Position numbers and translations under genes: made by a program. Below, piece by piece: positions 1 through 10,322 of a stretch of DNA of 64,000 nt (positions within the stretch are counted from its first letter, which is position 1; the number at the start of each line of letters is the position of its first letter). Source of the DNA: Opitutus sp. GAS368 (lineage in GTDB: Bacteria; Verrucomicrobiota; Verrucomicrobiia; Opitutales; Opitutaceae); assembly GCA_945861645.1 (NCBI GenBank), contig CAMAVZ010000001.1, forward strand, positions 32,001-96,000, read 5' to 3'. The notes beneath the pieces were generated by a model. The model ran no database searches. It saw nothing but the letters and a program-made list of their open reading frames with translations, and was not told the DNA's origin.

Positions 1-7
1 CCATCAT

Positions 8-856
8 TCAACGAGGCGTCAGGATAACGGGCTGGTAGCCGTGACGATCGGCGTTGACGGGCCCCAGCGAGAGGAGGGCTAGGCCAAATAAAATGAGGCA
101 CACCCAAGCGAAACGAACGGAGACCAGTCGACCGCGCCAGCGGAGGAGCAAGACAATCAGGTAAGCCAGCCACACGCCCATTGTGACCATGAGTTTGGGG
201 AGGTGTACCGATTCAATATTGCGCACCCACCAAGCAGCGCCGACCGACAAAGAGATACTGAGCAGGGTAACGCCGAGCAGAACGAGGCGGTAGTTGATTT
301 GTTCCAGCTGAACGACGGAGGGGAGAAACCAAAATAAACCATTGAGGCGTTTATTTTTGAGGCTCCAATTTTGCAGGAGCTGCATGAGGGAAGTCAGCGT
401 GAGTAAACCAAAGACGCCGTAGCTAAAAACGGCGAGAGCCGCATGGGCTTCAATCCACGGATTATTGCCCAAAAGTTTCTGCCCGCGGACTAAATCCCAC
501 TGGGGAATAAGAAGCGAAACGAGCGCGAGGGTTGCCGCGTAACCGGCGGTGAATAGTCCGAGCAGGCTGCCGCGGAAAGTGGAGCCGACGAAGAAATAAA
601 CCAGCATGGCCGACCACGCGACGAATTGAACGATTTCAAACGTATTGCCCAAGGGGCAGCCCCGCCCCGCGAGACCGCGTTGGTACAGGCCGAGCCATTG
701 GAAGCCCCAGCCGCCAATGAGTAGGATATTGAGCATCGTCCGCAGTCCCGCGGGTGAATGCCGCCGGGTCAGTCCGATCAGGCCGACGAGAAAACCCGCG
801 AGGTAGAGGAGGGCGCCGAGCCAGAGGAGGGCGCGGTCAGTGAGAAGTGAGGCCAT
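8..856 (-). CDS. CcsA/HemX-like cytochrome c assembly family membrane protein
   Basis: About 8 TM segments, CPLGNTFE loop, conserved His in WIEAHAALA..SYG, LPS..QLEQINYR and PKL...W motifs. Lacks the canonical WGxxWxWD. Another minus-strand ATG at 7 runs off the window. Confidence 0.75.
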   Translation of the reverse strand: MASLLTDRALLWLGALLYLAGFLVGLIGLTRRHSPAGLRTMLNILLIGGWGFQWLGLYQRGLAGRGCPLGNTFEIVQFVAWSAMLVYFFVGSTFRGSLLGLFTAGYAATLALVSLLIPQWDLVRGQKLLGNNPWIEAHAALAVFSYGVFGLLTLTSLMQLLQNWSLKNKRLNGLFWFLPSVVQLEQINYRLVLLGVTLLSISLSVGAAWWVRNIESVHLPKLMVTMGVWLAYLIVLLLRWRGRLVSVRFAWVCLILFGLALLSLGPVNADRHGYQPVILTPR

Positions 857-919
857 CGCATTAATTTAGCGGCAGCTGCCCTGTGCCGCAAGGATTACAG
901 CAGAAAATTAATTGCCGCG

Positions 920-1717
920 TCACTTCGTGGGCGAAGTTGGTGCGGTAGATTTTTGTGCCACCCAGAATCGGCAGTTGTCAGAAAAATTGCGCACTTTGGG
1001 CGTTTCGCTCGCGAGCTCATTGCGGGTGGCGTCCTCAACGTGGACCCAATGAGTGGCCGCTAAGTCCTCCAATACTTCGCGCCGGTCGGGCAGGTGCATA
1101 AAGGTGTTGCCCGTTTCATCGCTGAAGTAGCGGTCCCCAAATTCCAATAAACGCGGATTTTGTTCACCGCGGGCCCAGCGCGCCGCTTCTTTGGCCCACT
1201 CCTTTAGGTCGGCCGGATCTTCGCGGTCGTGCGTGGTAAAAATAAAATGGGCGGCGGGGCGGCAGACCTGATGCAGCGCCGTCAAGGCGGCGCGCCGCTG
1301 TGCGCGGCTGGGAATTTGCATCAGGCCATTAAACATAAACAGGACGCCACCGAAGGGTTGGTGGTTGAAGGGAGGATTGGTCAGCGGCTGCGTCGCATCG
1401 GCCGGCAAAAAAGTGAGACCAGTGACGCCCTGCTCTTGGGCGAGATTGATAGCTTGTTCGACTAATTCAGCGGCGAAATCAAAGGCGGTGATTTGCCGGT
1501 AGCCTTGATGCCATAGCCCCACGGCCACGCGGCCGGCACCGCAACCGGCTTCCAAGAGCGGCACCGTTTGATCGGGAAAATATTTTTGAATCAAAACTAA
1601 CTCTGATTTCCACAAGCCAATAAAATGTGCCGCGCGCGTGTAATGCAGCACCGTGTTGATGGCATTAAAGTCGGCGCAAACGGTCGCAGCGGTGATTTTT
1701 TCTACCGAAGGTTCCAA
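920..1717 (-). CDS. Class I SAM-dependent methyltransferase
   Basis: Motif I LLEAGCGAGR, AFDFA acidic motif II, ADAT. TTG start is uncertain. Confidence 0.8.
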   Translation of the reverse strand: MEPSVEKITAATVCADFNAINTVLHYTRAAHFIGLWKSELVLIQKYFPDQTVPLLEAGCGAGRVAVGLWHQGYRQITAFDFAAELVEQAINLAQEQGVTGLTFLPADATQPLTNPPFNHQPFGGVLFMFNGLMQIPSRAQRRAALTALHQVCRPAAHFIFTTHDREDPADLKEWAKEAARWARGEQNPRLLEFGDRYFSDETGNTFMHLPDRREVLEDLAATHWVHVEDATRNELASETPKVRNFSDNCRFWVAQKSTAPTSPTK

Positions 1718-1801
1718 GGAAAGTTAAGGGTCGAAGGTAATTTGGGCTTTGAGCGGATAAGTGCGGGCGGAATAATTTTCCGTCAGCCCCGCCGCGCTTA
1801 C

Positions 1802-2926
1802 TCAAATTTTCTTGCGCCAAGCGGCGATGAACATGCCGTTCGCATTGAGATCCTGCGGCCAGAGGGTCAGGGCGGAAAGGGCTGAACCCAAGGCAGTGAG
1901 GGGGAATGGGGCCAATTCTGGATGCGCCGCGGAGAAGGCCTCGGCGAGCGCGGTGGTTTCCGCGCGAGTGAGGGTGCAGACGGCGTAGATTAAGCGGCCG
2001 CTGGGCATTAAGGAGCCGGCTACATGGTCAAGCAGTTGGCGCTGCACGGCGGCAAGTTCACGCACGTCTTGTGGGGTAGTGGTCCAGCGCGCGTGCGGGT
2101 TGCGTTGCCACGTCCCGACGCCGCTGCAGGGTGCGTCGACGAGAATGCCAGCAAATTTAGTTTTGGTCGGTGGTTTGGCCGTCCCTGCCCAAGGCACGGT
2201 GCGGAAATTAAAAACCTGCGCCCGCGCGGCCCGTTCTTTAAGTTTAGCTAACCGGCGGAGGGAGCGGTCGCTGGCCCAGAGCAGACCCTTGTTCTGCATC
2301 AAATCGGAAAGATGCATCGTCTTGCCGCCTTCACCGGCGCAGGCGTCCCACCACGTTTCCCCTGGTTGGGGGGCCGCCGCCAAGCCGACGAGTTGAGAAG
2401 CTAGGTCTTGAATTTCAAACTCCCCGTTTTGGAATTCTGGGGTGCGGTAGAGGTCGGTAATCCCAGTGTAGCGCAAGGCGTCTGGTGATTGCGGCGCCGG
2501 AAAGCAATGGCTCAGCTTTTTGGTGAGGGCGCTGCCGGTGCCGGCTTTAGCTCGAATCCAGAGGGCGGGTTCGCGTTGCCACTGCGTGAGTAGGGCGGGC
2601 GGGATGACATCCATTTCAGCTTTGAGCCAGTCTGGGACCGCGCGGGCGGCGAGGGTTTCCGCTTTTAAGCTCGCGGGATTACTATCAAAGCGCTGCTGGC
2701 AATCGAGGGCGGCGATCAGTTGAGTTCGCCGCGAATCTTTTTCATTTAGCCAGCGCCACCAGCGATAATAAGCAAAGACGGCTCGACTGATCCCGCGGCG
2801 TTCACCGGGCGCGGTGAAAAGGCGATTCTGCGTCAGCGATTCGCGCAGCGCTTGATCGGCGGGCGTGCCCGTCGCCACGAGTTGGAGGACGCGCGCGGCG
2901 TTGTTGATGATCGAAGATTCAGCCAT
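1802..2926 (-). CDS. RsmB/NOL1/NOP2 family RNA m5C methyltransferase
   Basis: IQDLASQ, WDACAGEGGKT, ILVDAPCSGVG and YAVCT with both catalytic Cys. Confidence 0.9.
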   Translation of the reverse strand: MAESSIINNAARVLQLVATGTPADQALRESLTQNRLFTAPGERRGISRAVFAYYRWWRWLNEKDSRRTQLIAALDCQQRFDSNPASLKAETLAARAVPDWLKAEMDVIPPALLTQWQREPALWIRAKAGTGSALTKKLSHCFPAPQSPDALRYTGITDLYRTPEFQNGEFEIQDLASQLVGLAAAPQPGETWWDACAGEGGKTMHLSDLMQNKGLLWASDRSLRRLAKLKERAARAQVFNFRTVPWAGTAKPPTKTKFAGILVDAPCSGVGTWQRNPHARWTTTPQDVRELAAVQRQLLDHVAGSLMPSGRLIYAVCTLTRAETTALAEAFSAAHPELAPFPLTALGSALSALTLWPQDLNANGMFIAAWRKKI

Positions 2927-2972
2927 GAGGATCCCACGGTGGCCCGCCGACAGGGCCGAAGTGGCGTGGGGT

Positions 2973-5900
2973 TTAAGTTCGTTTGCTCCAGCGTCGAGAT
3001 TCTTTGATTTCGAGGCGGCGGGCCTCCACCTGCGTTCCCGCCACCGCGGGGTGGTTGCGTAATTCCTGAAAGGCCGCCGCCGACACGCGCCAGTTGAGGC
3101 TACCCGGTGCTTCTGCGAGGGGCATTACGTTTCCGTCGAAAATGAAGCCTAATTTAATGCGCGTATCGCCGCCGGCGGCCATAATCGCGGTTCGGAGTTT
3201 TTGCAAAAAATCGGGCAAGGCGGGATGCTCGGGGTGGAGCAGCCACGTGATCTCACGGATGGCACCGGGCAGGTGCGCATCGAGGGGATAGCATTCCTTG
3301 ATGTTGAGGCGAGCGCCGTCGTTCCCGCGCATGACCGCGCCTAGCAGTACCGCGGGTTGATTTTCTGCTAAATTTTTTCCGTAATTTTCGTAGGCCTCCG
3401 CGTACATATTAACGGCTAAGGTCGCCCGTTTGGTGGCCAAATTAAAAAAAGCCCAGGGACGATTATCGCGGCGGGAAAGTTTTTTCGTAATGCCGGAGAC
3501 AATGCCGCAGAGACGGAATTCGATCCGATCCCCTTCAAGCAGGATTTTTTCTTCGGTGTGCGTGGCGAGCGCCTCGGCGAGACCGAGGTAGGCGTTCATC
3601 GGGTGGCCCGAAATATAAAATCCGAGCAGTTCTTTCTCGAACTGAAGTTTTTCGGCGGGAGTAAAATCGGGATGACGCGCGGTCCCCGCCTGCGCTGCAT
3701 GGGTTTTGCCGACCGGGGCGGGTTCGTTGAGTTCATCCAGAAAAGAATGCTGCCCCGCCGCGAGATCGCGGGCGCGGGCGGCGGAGGCGGCGAGGGCTTC
3801 ATCAATGCGGGCAAACAGCGCGCCCCGGGGCTCGCCTGAGAAATCAAAAGCGCCGGTCTTGATGAGATGTTCCAGCACGCGCTTATTGAGCGCCCGGGCA
3901 TCAACGCGCGCGATAAAATCAGGAAAATCCTTAAAGGGGCCTTGCGCTTCGCGTTCGGCGATAATCTTGAGCGCCGCTTGTTCGCCGACGCCTTTGATGC
4001 CGGCCAGACCAAAGCGGATCGCTCCCGCCGCATTCGCGGAGCCGTCGCCGGCCGGTGCGCGGGCGGGCAGGGGGGTGAACATCGCGCGACTTTCATTTAC
4101 ATCCGGTCCGAGCACGATGAGGCCCATGGCTTCGCATTCGGCGACGAAATGCGCAACTTTTTCGGCATTGCCCAGTTCGGAGCTGAGCATGGCCGCCATG
4201 AATTCAACGGGGTAGTTCGCTTTGAGGTAGCCGGTCTGGTAGCTGAGGACGGCATAAGCAGCGGAGTGCGATTTATTGAAACCGTAACCAGCAAACTTAT
4301 TAAGAATATCGAAGATCGAGTTAGCCGTTTTATCGTCGATGTTGTTTACCCGCTTGGCGCCCGCTACAAAGTTGGCGCGTTCCTTGGCCATGGCCTCAGC
4401 ATCCTTTTTGCCCATCGCGCGCCGGAGCATGTCGGCGCCGCCTAGAGTGTAGCCGGCAATAACCTTGGCGGCTTCCATGACTTGCTCTTGGTAAACCATG
4501 ATGCCGTAAGTTTCGCGGCAAACTTCTTCGAGTAATGGGTGCGGGTAGGTGACCGTACTCGGTTCTTTTTTGCCGCGCACGTAATCGGGAATCCACTCCA
4601 TCGGGCCGGGGCGGTAGAGCGCGATGAGCGCCACAATTTCCTCAATCGAGGAGAGGCTGATCTGTCGGCATAAATTCTGCATACCGCCTGACTCGAGTTG
4701 AAATACGCCGGTGGTGCGGCCGGAGTTCAGGAGGACGTAGGTCTTGGGGTCCTCAAAGCCGATCGTCTCAAGATCGAATGTGGGGTGGGCGGTCCGGCGC
4801 ACGTTATCCACTGCATCAGCTAGCACCGTGAGCGTTTTGAGTCCGAGAAAGTCCATTTTCAACAAGCCCAGCTTGCCGACGGCATTCATGTCGTACTGCA
4901 CGGTGACGTTGCCTTCTTGGAGGGTCAGTGGGACGAATTCCTCCAGGGGCCGATCGGTGATAATGATCCCCGCGGCGTGTTTACCCGTATTGCGGACCAT
5001 GCCTTCCAGGACGAGGGCTTGATCGATAATTTTCTTGGCGAGGGGATTCGAGGTGAATTCGTTGCGTAGTTCCGTCGATTTTTCGAGGGCCGTCTTCAGC
5101 TCGATATTGAGTTCATCGGGAATCATTTTCGCCAAACGATCCGCTTCGGCGTAAGGCAGGTCGTGGACGCGCGAGACATCCCGCATCACCATCTTGGCGC
5201 CGAGGGTGCCGTAGGTGATAATATTGGCGACGCAGTCGTTGCCATATTTCTGGCGGACATAGTCAATAACTTCACCGCGGCGGCGCATGCAGAAATCGAT
5301 ATCGAAGTCGGGGGGCGAGACGCGTTCGGGATTCAGGAAGCGCTCAAACAGTAATTTAAAGCGGAGGGGATCGAGATTGGTGATGCCGAGTAGGTAAGCG
5401 GCGAGGCAACCGGCGCCCGAGCCACGGCCAGGACCGACGGGGATGCCTTGGCGCTTGGCCCAGTCGATAAAATCCCACACGAAGAGGAAATAATCGATGA
5501 ACCCAGTTTTGGTGATGATGGAGAGTTCGTAATCGATCCGCTCAATCAGAATTTGGGCGAGCGCTGGGTCGGGCGCTTTTTTGGGCTTATGGTAATCGAC
5601 GCCGTAGCGGTGTTGCAGCCCGCTAAGGCAGAGACGTTTCAGGTACTCCGCGCGATCGGTCTTCACTTCGGGGGGCAGCGGATACTTGGGGTAGCGTTCG
5701 GAGCCCTTGGGGAAAGGAATCGTGAGATCGCACATCTCGGCCACGAGTTGAGTATTTAATACCGCCGCGGGCATCTCCGCGAACAGTGAGGCCATCTCGT
5801 CGCGCGACTTCAGGTAAAATTGGGTGCCGCTAAATTTCATCCGGTCGGTCTCGGCAATTTTGGAGCCGGTTTGAATGCAGAGCAGCGCATCGTGCGGGCC

Positions 5901-6563
5901 GGCGTCGGTGTGATTGACGTAATGAACGTCGTTCGAGCAGATCACTTTCAGGCCAAATTCTTCGCCTAATTTGAGCAGGCCCGGAATAATTTTCCGCTGC
6001 TCCGGAATCCCATGGTCTTGAATTTCCACGAAATAATTTTCGCGACCAAAGATCTCGACGAAGCGGCCGCAGGCCTGCCGCGCCTCGGCGACGCGCTCGT
6101 GCAGGAGATGCTGAGGCACCACGGAGGCGAGGCAGCCGGTAAAGCCAATCAAACCTTGAGCGTGGCGGGCGAGGGTTTCGAGATCGGTGCGCGGTTTATA
6201 ATAAAAACCCTTCAGGTGAGCATCGGAGACCAGCTTGAGTAAATTTTGGTAGCCCGTGAGATTTTTTGCAAGCAAGCCAAGGTGAAAAATGCTTTTCCCC
6301 TCATCGGTGCGAGCGGTGCGTTCTAGGCGCGAGCCGGCGGCTAAGTAGAGTTCGCAGCCAACCAGTGGTTTAATGCCTTTGGCCTTGGCCTGATTGTAGA
6401 ATTCGATCGCGCCAAAAAGATTACCATGGTCGGTGAGGGCGAGGGCCTTCATTCCCAGATCGGTGGCGCGATCCATCAATCGGTCGATGCGGCAAGCCCC
6501 ATCTAGGAGGCTATAGTCGCTATGGACGTGAAGATGAACGAAATTCTGGTCGACGGAGCCCAC
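2973..6563 (-). CDS. dnaE: DNA polymerase III alpha subunit
   Basis: PHP domain FVHLHVHSDYSLLDG, GPGRGSGAG, PDFDIDF, KMDFLGL, FNKSHSAAY, C-terminal OB fold; 1196 aa, GTG start. Confidence 0.98.
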   Translation of the reverse strand: MGSVDQNFVHLHVHSDYSLLDGACRIDRLMDRATDLGMKALALTDHGNLFGAIEFYNQAKAKGIKPLVGCELYLAAGSRLERTARTDEGKSIFHLGLLAKNLTGYQNLLKLVSDAHLKGFYYKPRTDLETLARHAQGLIGFTGCLASVVPQHLLHERVAEARQACGRFVEIFGRENYFVEIQDHGIPEQRKIIPGLLKLGEEFGLKVICSNDVHYVNHTDAGPHDALLCIQTGSKIAETDRMKFSGTQFYLKSRDEMASLFAEMPAAVLNTQLVAEMCDLTIPFPKGSERYPKYPLPPEVKTDRAEYLKRLCLSGLQHRYGVDYHKPKKAPDPALAQILIERIDYELSIITKTGFIDYFLFVWDFIDWAKRQGIPVGPGRGSGAGCLAAYLLGITNLDPLRFKLLFERFLNPERVSPPDFDIDFCMRRRGEVIDYVRQKYGNDCVANIITYGTLGAKMVMRDVSRVHDLPYAEADRLAKMIPDELNIELKTALEKSTELRNEFTSNPLAKKIIDQALVLEGMVRNTGKHAAGIIITDRPLEEFVPLTLQEGNVTVQYDMNAVGKLGLLKMDFLGLKTLTVLADAVDNVRRTAHPTFDLETIGFEDPKTYVLLNSGRTTGVFQLESGGMQNLCRQISLSSIEEIVALIALYRPGPMEWIPDYVRGKKEPSTVTYPHPLLEEVCRETYGIMVYQEQVMEAAKVIAGYTLGGADMLRRAMGKKDAEAMAKERANFVAGAKRVNNIDDKTANSIFDILNKFAGYGFNKSHSAAYAVLSYQTGYLKANYPVEFMAAMLSSELGNAEKVAHFVAECEAMGLIVLGPDVNESRAMFTPLPARAPAGDGSANAAGAIRFGLAGIKGVGEQAALKIIAEREAQGPFKDFPDFIARVDARALNKRVLEHLIKTGAFDFSGEPRGALFARIDEALAASAARARDLAAGQHSFLDELNEPAPVGKTHAAQAGTARHPDFTPAEKLQFEKELLGFYISGHPMNAYLGLAEALATHTEEKILLEGDRIEFRLCGIVSGITKKLSRRDNRPWAFFNLATKRATLAVNMYAEAYENYGKNLAENQPAVLLGAVMRGNDGARLNIKECYPLDAHLPGAIREITWLLHPEHPALPDFLQKLRTAIMAAGGDTRIKLGFIFDGNVMPLAEAPGSLNWRVSAAAFQELRNHPAVAGTQVEARRLEIKESRRWSKRT

Positions 6564-6788
6564 GGGTAATCATGGGAATCCCGTCGGCTAAACCGATCAA
6601 GCAGTAAAGTGTAAGGTTATTTGGTGCCGAAGTTTACCCAGCTCAGGCGGAATGCCGGCCTTAGCTTTCAGGGAAGGCGGGCGTTGATTCGGGCTGAGTG
6701 CGTGCTGCCGGTTAAAAATTGGGGTTGACGGTGACGGAACCGGCTGGCTTCGTCCTTCTTTTCTCCAACGCCAACCTGTCTATTTCCC

Positions 6789-6986
6789 ATGTCTATTGAG
6801 ATCAAAATGCGTAAAAATGAGCCGATCGATCGTGCGCTGCGTCGCATGAAGAAGAAGCTGGAGCGCGAGTGCATCATTAAAGATGCCCGCATGAAGCGCT
6901 ATGCTGAAAAGCCCTCAGAGCGCCGTCGCCGCAAGGAGAAGGTCATGGCCTTCACCTGCATGCTCCGCCGTCGTTACGCTGAGTAA
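6789..6986 (+). CDS. rpsU: 30S ribosomal protein bS21
   Basis: EPIDRALRRMKKK...YAEKPSERRRRK, 65 aa and basic. Confidence 0.95.
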   Translation: MSIEIKMRKNEPIDRALRRMKKKLERECIIKDARMKRYAEKPSERRRRKEKVMAFTCMLRRRYAE

Positions 6987-7011
6987 TTCTTGGAACTAGC
7001 TGATTTTCAAT

Positions 7012-7041
7012 GGCCGGCATCTGCGGATGACCGGCCTTTTT
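7012..7041 (+). terminator. Rho-independent terminator after rpsU
   Basis: GGCCGG-CATC...GATG-A-CCGGCC hairpin followed by TTTTT. Confidence 0.8.
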
Positions 7042-7155
7042 CTTGCCCCCATGCGACCCTGTTGGCATTTAAGCGACTGATGCCTCGATGGGCCGTGGCT
7101 GCTATGATGCGCGGTGACTTGATTCAGGCGCTGGGGCGTGCAGACTGATTTAGTC

Positions 7156-8106
7156 ATGAAACCTCGCGTCGCTCTTTCTTCCTGTTGGTGTTCGCACCGG
7201 CATCAAGATGGCTACGCGATGCTGCAGGAAATGGCTGATCTGGGTTTTGAGTGGGTGGAATTGAGCCACGGCATCAAAATTGTGCTGGTGCCGGGTATTC
7301 TCAAAGCCGTGGCTGAGGGACTGGTGAAGATCGCCTCGGTGCATAATTTTTGCCCGCTGCCGACGGGGGTCACGCATGCCGCGCCCAATCATTATATGCC
7401 GTCAGCGACTGATGCGCGGGAGCGGGATATGTGGCTGCGGCAAAGTAAGCGGACCATCGATTTTGCCCATCAGGTCCAGGCGACCAAGCTCGTCCTGCAT
7501 CTTGGCGCGGTGGAATTTTTCTGGTTTAACCCCGCCCGCCCAGTGGACCGCTACGCGCAAGATCACCTCGGGGTCGATCTAGCCGCGGATCCAGTTTATC
7601 GGAAAATTTTGGCAAAATCGCTAAAGCGATTGGCGGCTCGTCACCCACGTTACTGGAAAAATACCCAAGAGGGCCTGGCCACCCTATTATCTTATGCGGA
7701 GCCCAAAGGCGTTAAGTTAGGTTTTGAGAATCGAGAGAAATTTGAAGAACTGCCTCGCGATGCGGACCACGCAGCGCTGATCGCGGCGCTGGGCAAGCCG
7801 GCGGCCTGTGGTTATTGGCACGATACTGGCCATGCTCAAATTAAGGATCGGATGGGTTTGCTGAAGCACCGCGATCATCTGGCTCAAAATGCGGCTCACT
7901 TAATCGGCTTCCATCTGCATGATGTCAGCGCTGATGGTCGTGACCATCAAGCGATCGGCTCGGGGCAGATTGATTTTAAGATGGTCAGCAGCTTTTGGCA
8001 GCCTGAGCACACGTTAGTAATAGAGCTCAGCCCGCGCGTAACTTCGGCCGAAGTGCTGGACTCGAAGCGGCAGGTGGAGGCCCTGCTCGCCGCGCGATTT
8101 GGTTGA
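7156..8106 (+). CDS. Sugar phosphate isomerase/epimerase (xylose isomerase-like TIM barrel) protein
   Basis: VELSH, SVHNFCP, LGFENRE, WHDTGHA, FHLHD, IELSP metal-binding pattern. ATG at 7156 preferred over GTG at 7138. Confidence 0.85.
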   Translation: MKPRVALSSCWCSHRHQDGYAMLQEMADLGFEWVELSHGIKIVLVPGILKAVAEGLVKIASVHNFCPLPTGVTHAAPNHYMPSATDARERDMWLRQSKRTIDFAHQVQATKLVLHLGAVEFFWFNPARPVDRYAQDHLGVDLAADPVYRKILAKSLKRLAARHPRYWKNTQEGLATLLSYAEPKGVKLGFENREKFEELPRDADHAALIAALGKPAACGYWHDTGHAQIKDRMGLLKHRDHLAQNAAHLIGFHLHDVSADGRDHQAIGSGQIDFKMVSSFWQPEHTLVIELSPRVTSAEVLDSKRQVEALLAARFG

Positions 8107-8157
8107 GGCGAGCGATCGGGTGGGCGCGCGCGTGTGTCTCCGCTCGGCCTGATTCAG

Positions 8158-9084
8158 TTAACTTGGCTGGTAATCCTTCCACTGGAAGAAACCAATGGCC
8201 TCAAGTTCCGTGAGCATGGCTTTTACGCCGGCGGCATCGGGGTTAGCGTTGGGCAGGCGGGTGGGGCCCACGGGCACGCCGAGATGGGTCATGAGAGCTT
8301 TCGCTGAGCCTAGATAACCGCGTTGGGCGACAATCCGAATAACTTGCATCAGGCGTGCTTGTTCAATTTGCGCGGTCGCCAAATCGTTGCGGCCAAAAGC
8401 GGCGATCATGCGGTGCAGGGGACCCGCGGAAAAATTATAAGTGCTGCCGATGCCGCCTTGAGCGCCCATGGCGAGAGCGGACAGAAAATATTCATCAATG
8501 CCCCAAGGTAGGTCGAAGCGGCCTCCGGCCAATTGGCGGCCTAAGAGATAGGTGCCCAGGTCAGGATTGGAGTATTTTACACCGGCCAAATTGGGGATCC
8601 GTTGGGCGGCGAGGGTGAGGAATTGATCCACCGGAAAGCTAATCCCCGTCAGGGCCGGAATGTCGTAGTAATAAAAAGGGGTGCGCGCCGCGGCTCGCGC
8701 GACTTGTGCACAGCAGCCCACTAAATCTTCCAAGGTGCGGGGCTTAAAATAAGACGGCGCGATCATGGAGATGGCGGCGGCATGGTTTTTTTCCGCTTGG
8801 GCGGCGAGCGTGGCTGCATCCGCCAAGCAGTTGGCGCCGACATGCACGACGACTTGGATCCCGCTGTTTTGAGCAACTTGCGCCCAGCGATCACCCAGAG
8901 CGAGGCGCTCAGCTAACGTGAGGGAAGTGCTTTCGCCCGTCGTGCCACCAATGAAGACAGCCTTAATGTGGCGCGCCTGAAGGTAGGCCGCCTGTTTTTC
9001 TACGACCGCTAGGTGCAGCGAACCATCGGCGTGGAAAGGCGTATGCGTGGCAGGGCAGAGACCGTGAAACTTGAAGACAGGCAT
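8158..9084 (-). CDS. N-acetylneuraminate lyase / dihydrodipicolinate synthase family protein
   Basis: GGTTGES, HVGA, YYYDIPALTG, Schiff-base Lys in GVKYS, GIGSTYNF; closest in style to NanA/NPL. Confidence 0.85.
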   Translation of the reverse strand: MPVFKFHGLCPATHTPFHADGSLHLAVVEKQAAYLQARHIKAVFIGGTTGESTSLTLAERLALGDRWAQVAQNSGIQVVVHVGANCLADAATLAAQAEKNHAAAISMIAPSYFKPRTLEDLVGCCAQVARAAARTPFYYYDIPALTGISFPVDQFLTLAAQRIPNLAGVKYSNPDLGTYLLGRQLAGGRFDLPWGIDEYFLSALAMGAQGGIGSTYNFSAGPLHRMIAAFGRNDLATAQIEQARLMQVIRIVAQRGYLGSAKALMTHLGVPVGPTRLPNANPDAAGVKAMLTELEAIGFFQWKDYQPS

Positions 9085-9192
9085 GATGCTGGGAGTGGAG
9101 CTGGGGTGAAAATTGCGGCTCAAGGGATAAATTGATAATGGGCGCGAAAGCAATGTCAGGTCGCGAGAACCTGCCGCGTTAGTTAACGGGAA

Positions 9193-10254
9193 TTATTTTT
9201 TACGAAGTTCTTCAATCCATCGTTTATGGGGACCCGATAGAGCGAGAAGCGGCAGTTGAGCAAAAGAGATCCACTCCAGATTAGCTTGGGCTTTGATTTT
9301 ATTTTTTATGGTCGGGGTCAGGGGCACGCGGTAAATGGCTTCAGTGATCTGGTACCGCGTGATCGCGCGCCGCTTGACCGCGAGCAAAAATTTCGCGCTC
9401 GGGGTGGGGCGTTTAAGATCAGCGGCTTCGGGCAGCTCGTACAATCCGGCGAGCCGCTTGGCCTGAGTATGGCCCCGCCGCAATAATAGCCGATCGCCAG
9501 ATTCGCACCAGAGGCGGGTGACGGTGCGGTGCTCGATTTGCTTAGGTTGGAGGCGGGGGATTTTTTCGGGCTGACCATCGGCGCGGGCCTGACAAAAATC
9601 GGCGACTGGGCAGGTTGAGCACAGCGGATTTTGGCGAACGCAAACGGTGGCTCCCAGCTCCATCATCGCTTGGTTATGTTCGCCCGGTTGGCTCGCAATT
9701 ACCAGGGCATCGGCCAGTGGGGTGAAATATTTTACCGCGGCCGATCCATCTTTAAAAAGTTGGCCTTCACCCGCGAGGCGGGCCAGAATGCGCACGACAT
9801 TGCCATCAACCACGGCGGCCGGTTCGCCAAAGGCAATGCTGGTGATCGCCGCGGCGGTGTAGGGACCGATGCCGGGCAATTCGCGCCACTGAGCTGGCGC
9901 GCGGGGTGGCGTGGGCTGCGCCGCTATTTGTTGGGCTAATTTATGCAGATTTCTCGCCCGCGAATAATAACCGAGACCTTCCCAAAGTTTCATAACTTGA
10001 GACTCAGGGGCCGCCGCGAGCGCTGTAAAATCGGGCAAGGCGCGTAGCCAGCAGTCGAAATAAGGGAGGACCGTCTTGACCTGAGTTTGCTGAAGCATGA
10101 ACTCGGAGACGACCGTTTTGTAGAGGGAAGGGGTCGTGCGCCAGGGCAGCCGGCGTTGATGCACGCGGTACCACGCCTGCAGCGCTCGTTGGAAAGAGCG
10201 GCGTTGAGCAATGAGCTTTGCGGAATGAGCCACGAAATAACCAGCAGACACCAT
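9193..10254 (-). CDS. mutY: A/G-specific adenine glycosylase
   Basis: SEFMLQQTQV, WEGLGYYSRARNL, HhH LPGIGPYTA, VDGNV, intact C-x6-C-x2-C-x5-C Fe-S motif. Confidence 0.95.
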   Translation of the reverse strand: MVSAGYFVAHSAKLIAQRRSFQRALQAWYRVHQRRLPWRTTPSLYKTVVSEFMLQQTQVKTVLPYFDCWLRALPDFTALAAAPESQVMKLWEGLGYYSRARNLHKLAQQIAAQPTPPRAPAQWRELPGIGPYTAAAITSIAFGEPAAVVDGNVVRILARLAGEGQLFKDGSAAVKYFTPLADALVIASQPGEHNQAMMELGATVCVRQNPLCSTCPVADFCQARADGQPEKIPRLQPKQIEHRTVTRLWCESGDRLLLRRGHTQAKRLAGLYELPEAADLKRPTPSAKFLLAVKRRAITRYQITEAIYRVPLTPTIKNKIKAQANLEWISFAQLPLLALSGPHKRWIEELRKK

Positions 10255-10322
10255 AAAAGCGGAAGTGGAAAGAGGCGTTTTCTCGGCGTGCTTTTTAGGG
10301 TTTTTTGTGGCTAATCCTCCCT

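Noticed and set aside
2973-6563. Intein or split in dnaE
   Set aside because: Normal length, continuous motifs and no intein splice signatures seen
6564-6788. dnaE/rpsU spacer checked for tRNA or a structured leader
   Set aside because: No cloverleaf or T-loop motif; only a TTGACG -35-like hexamer
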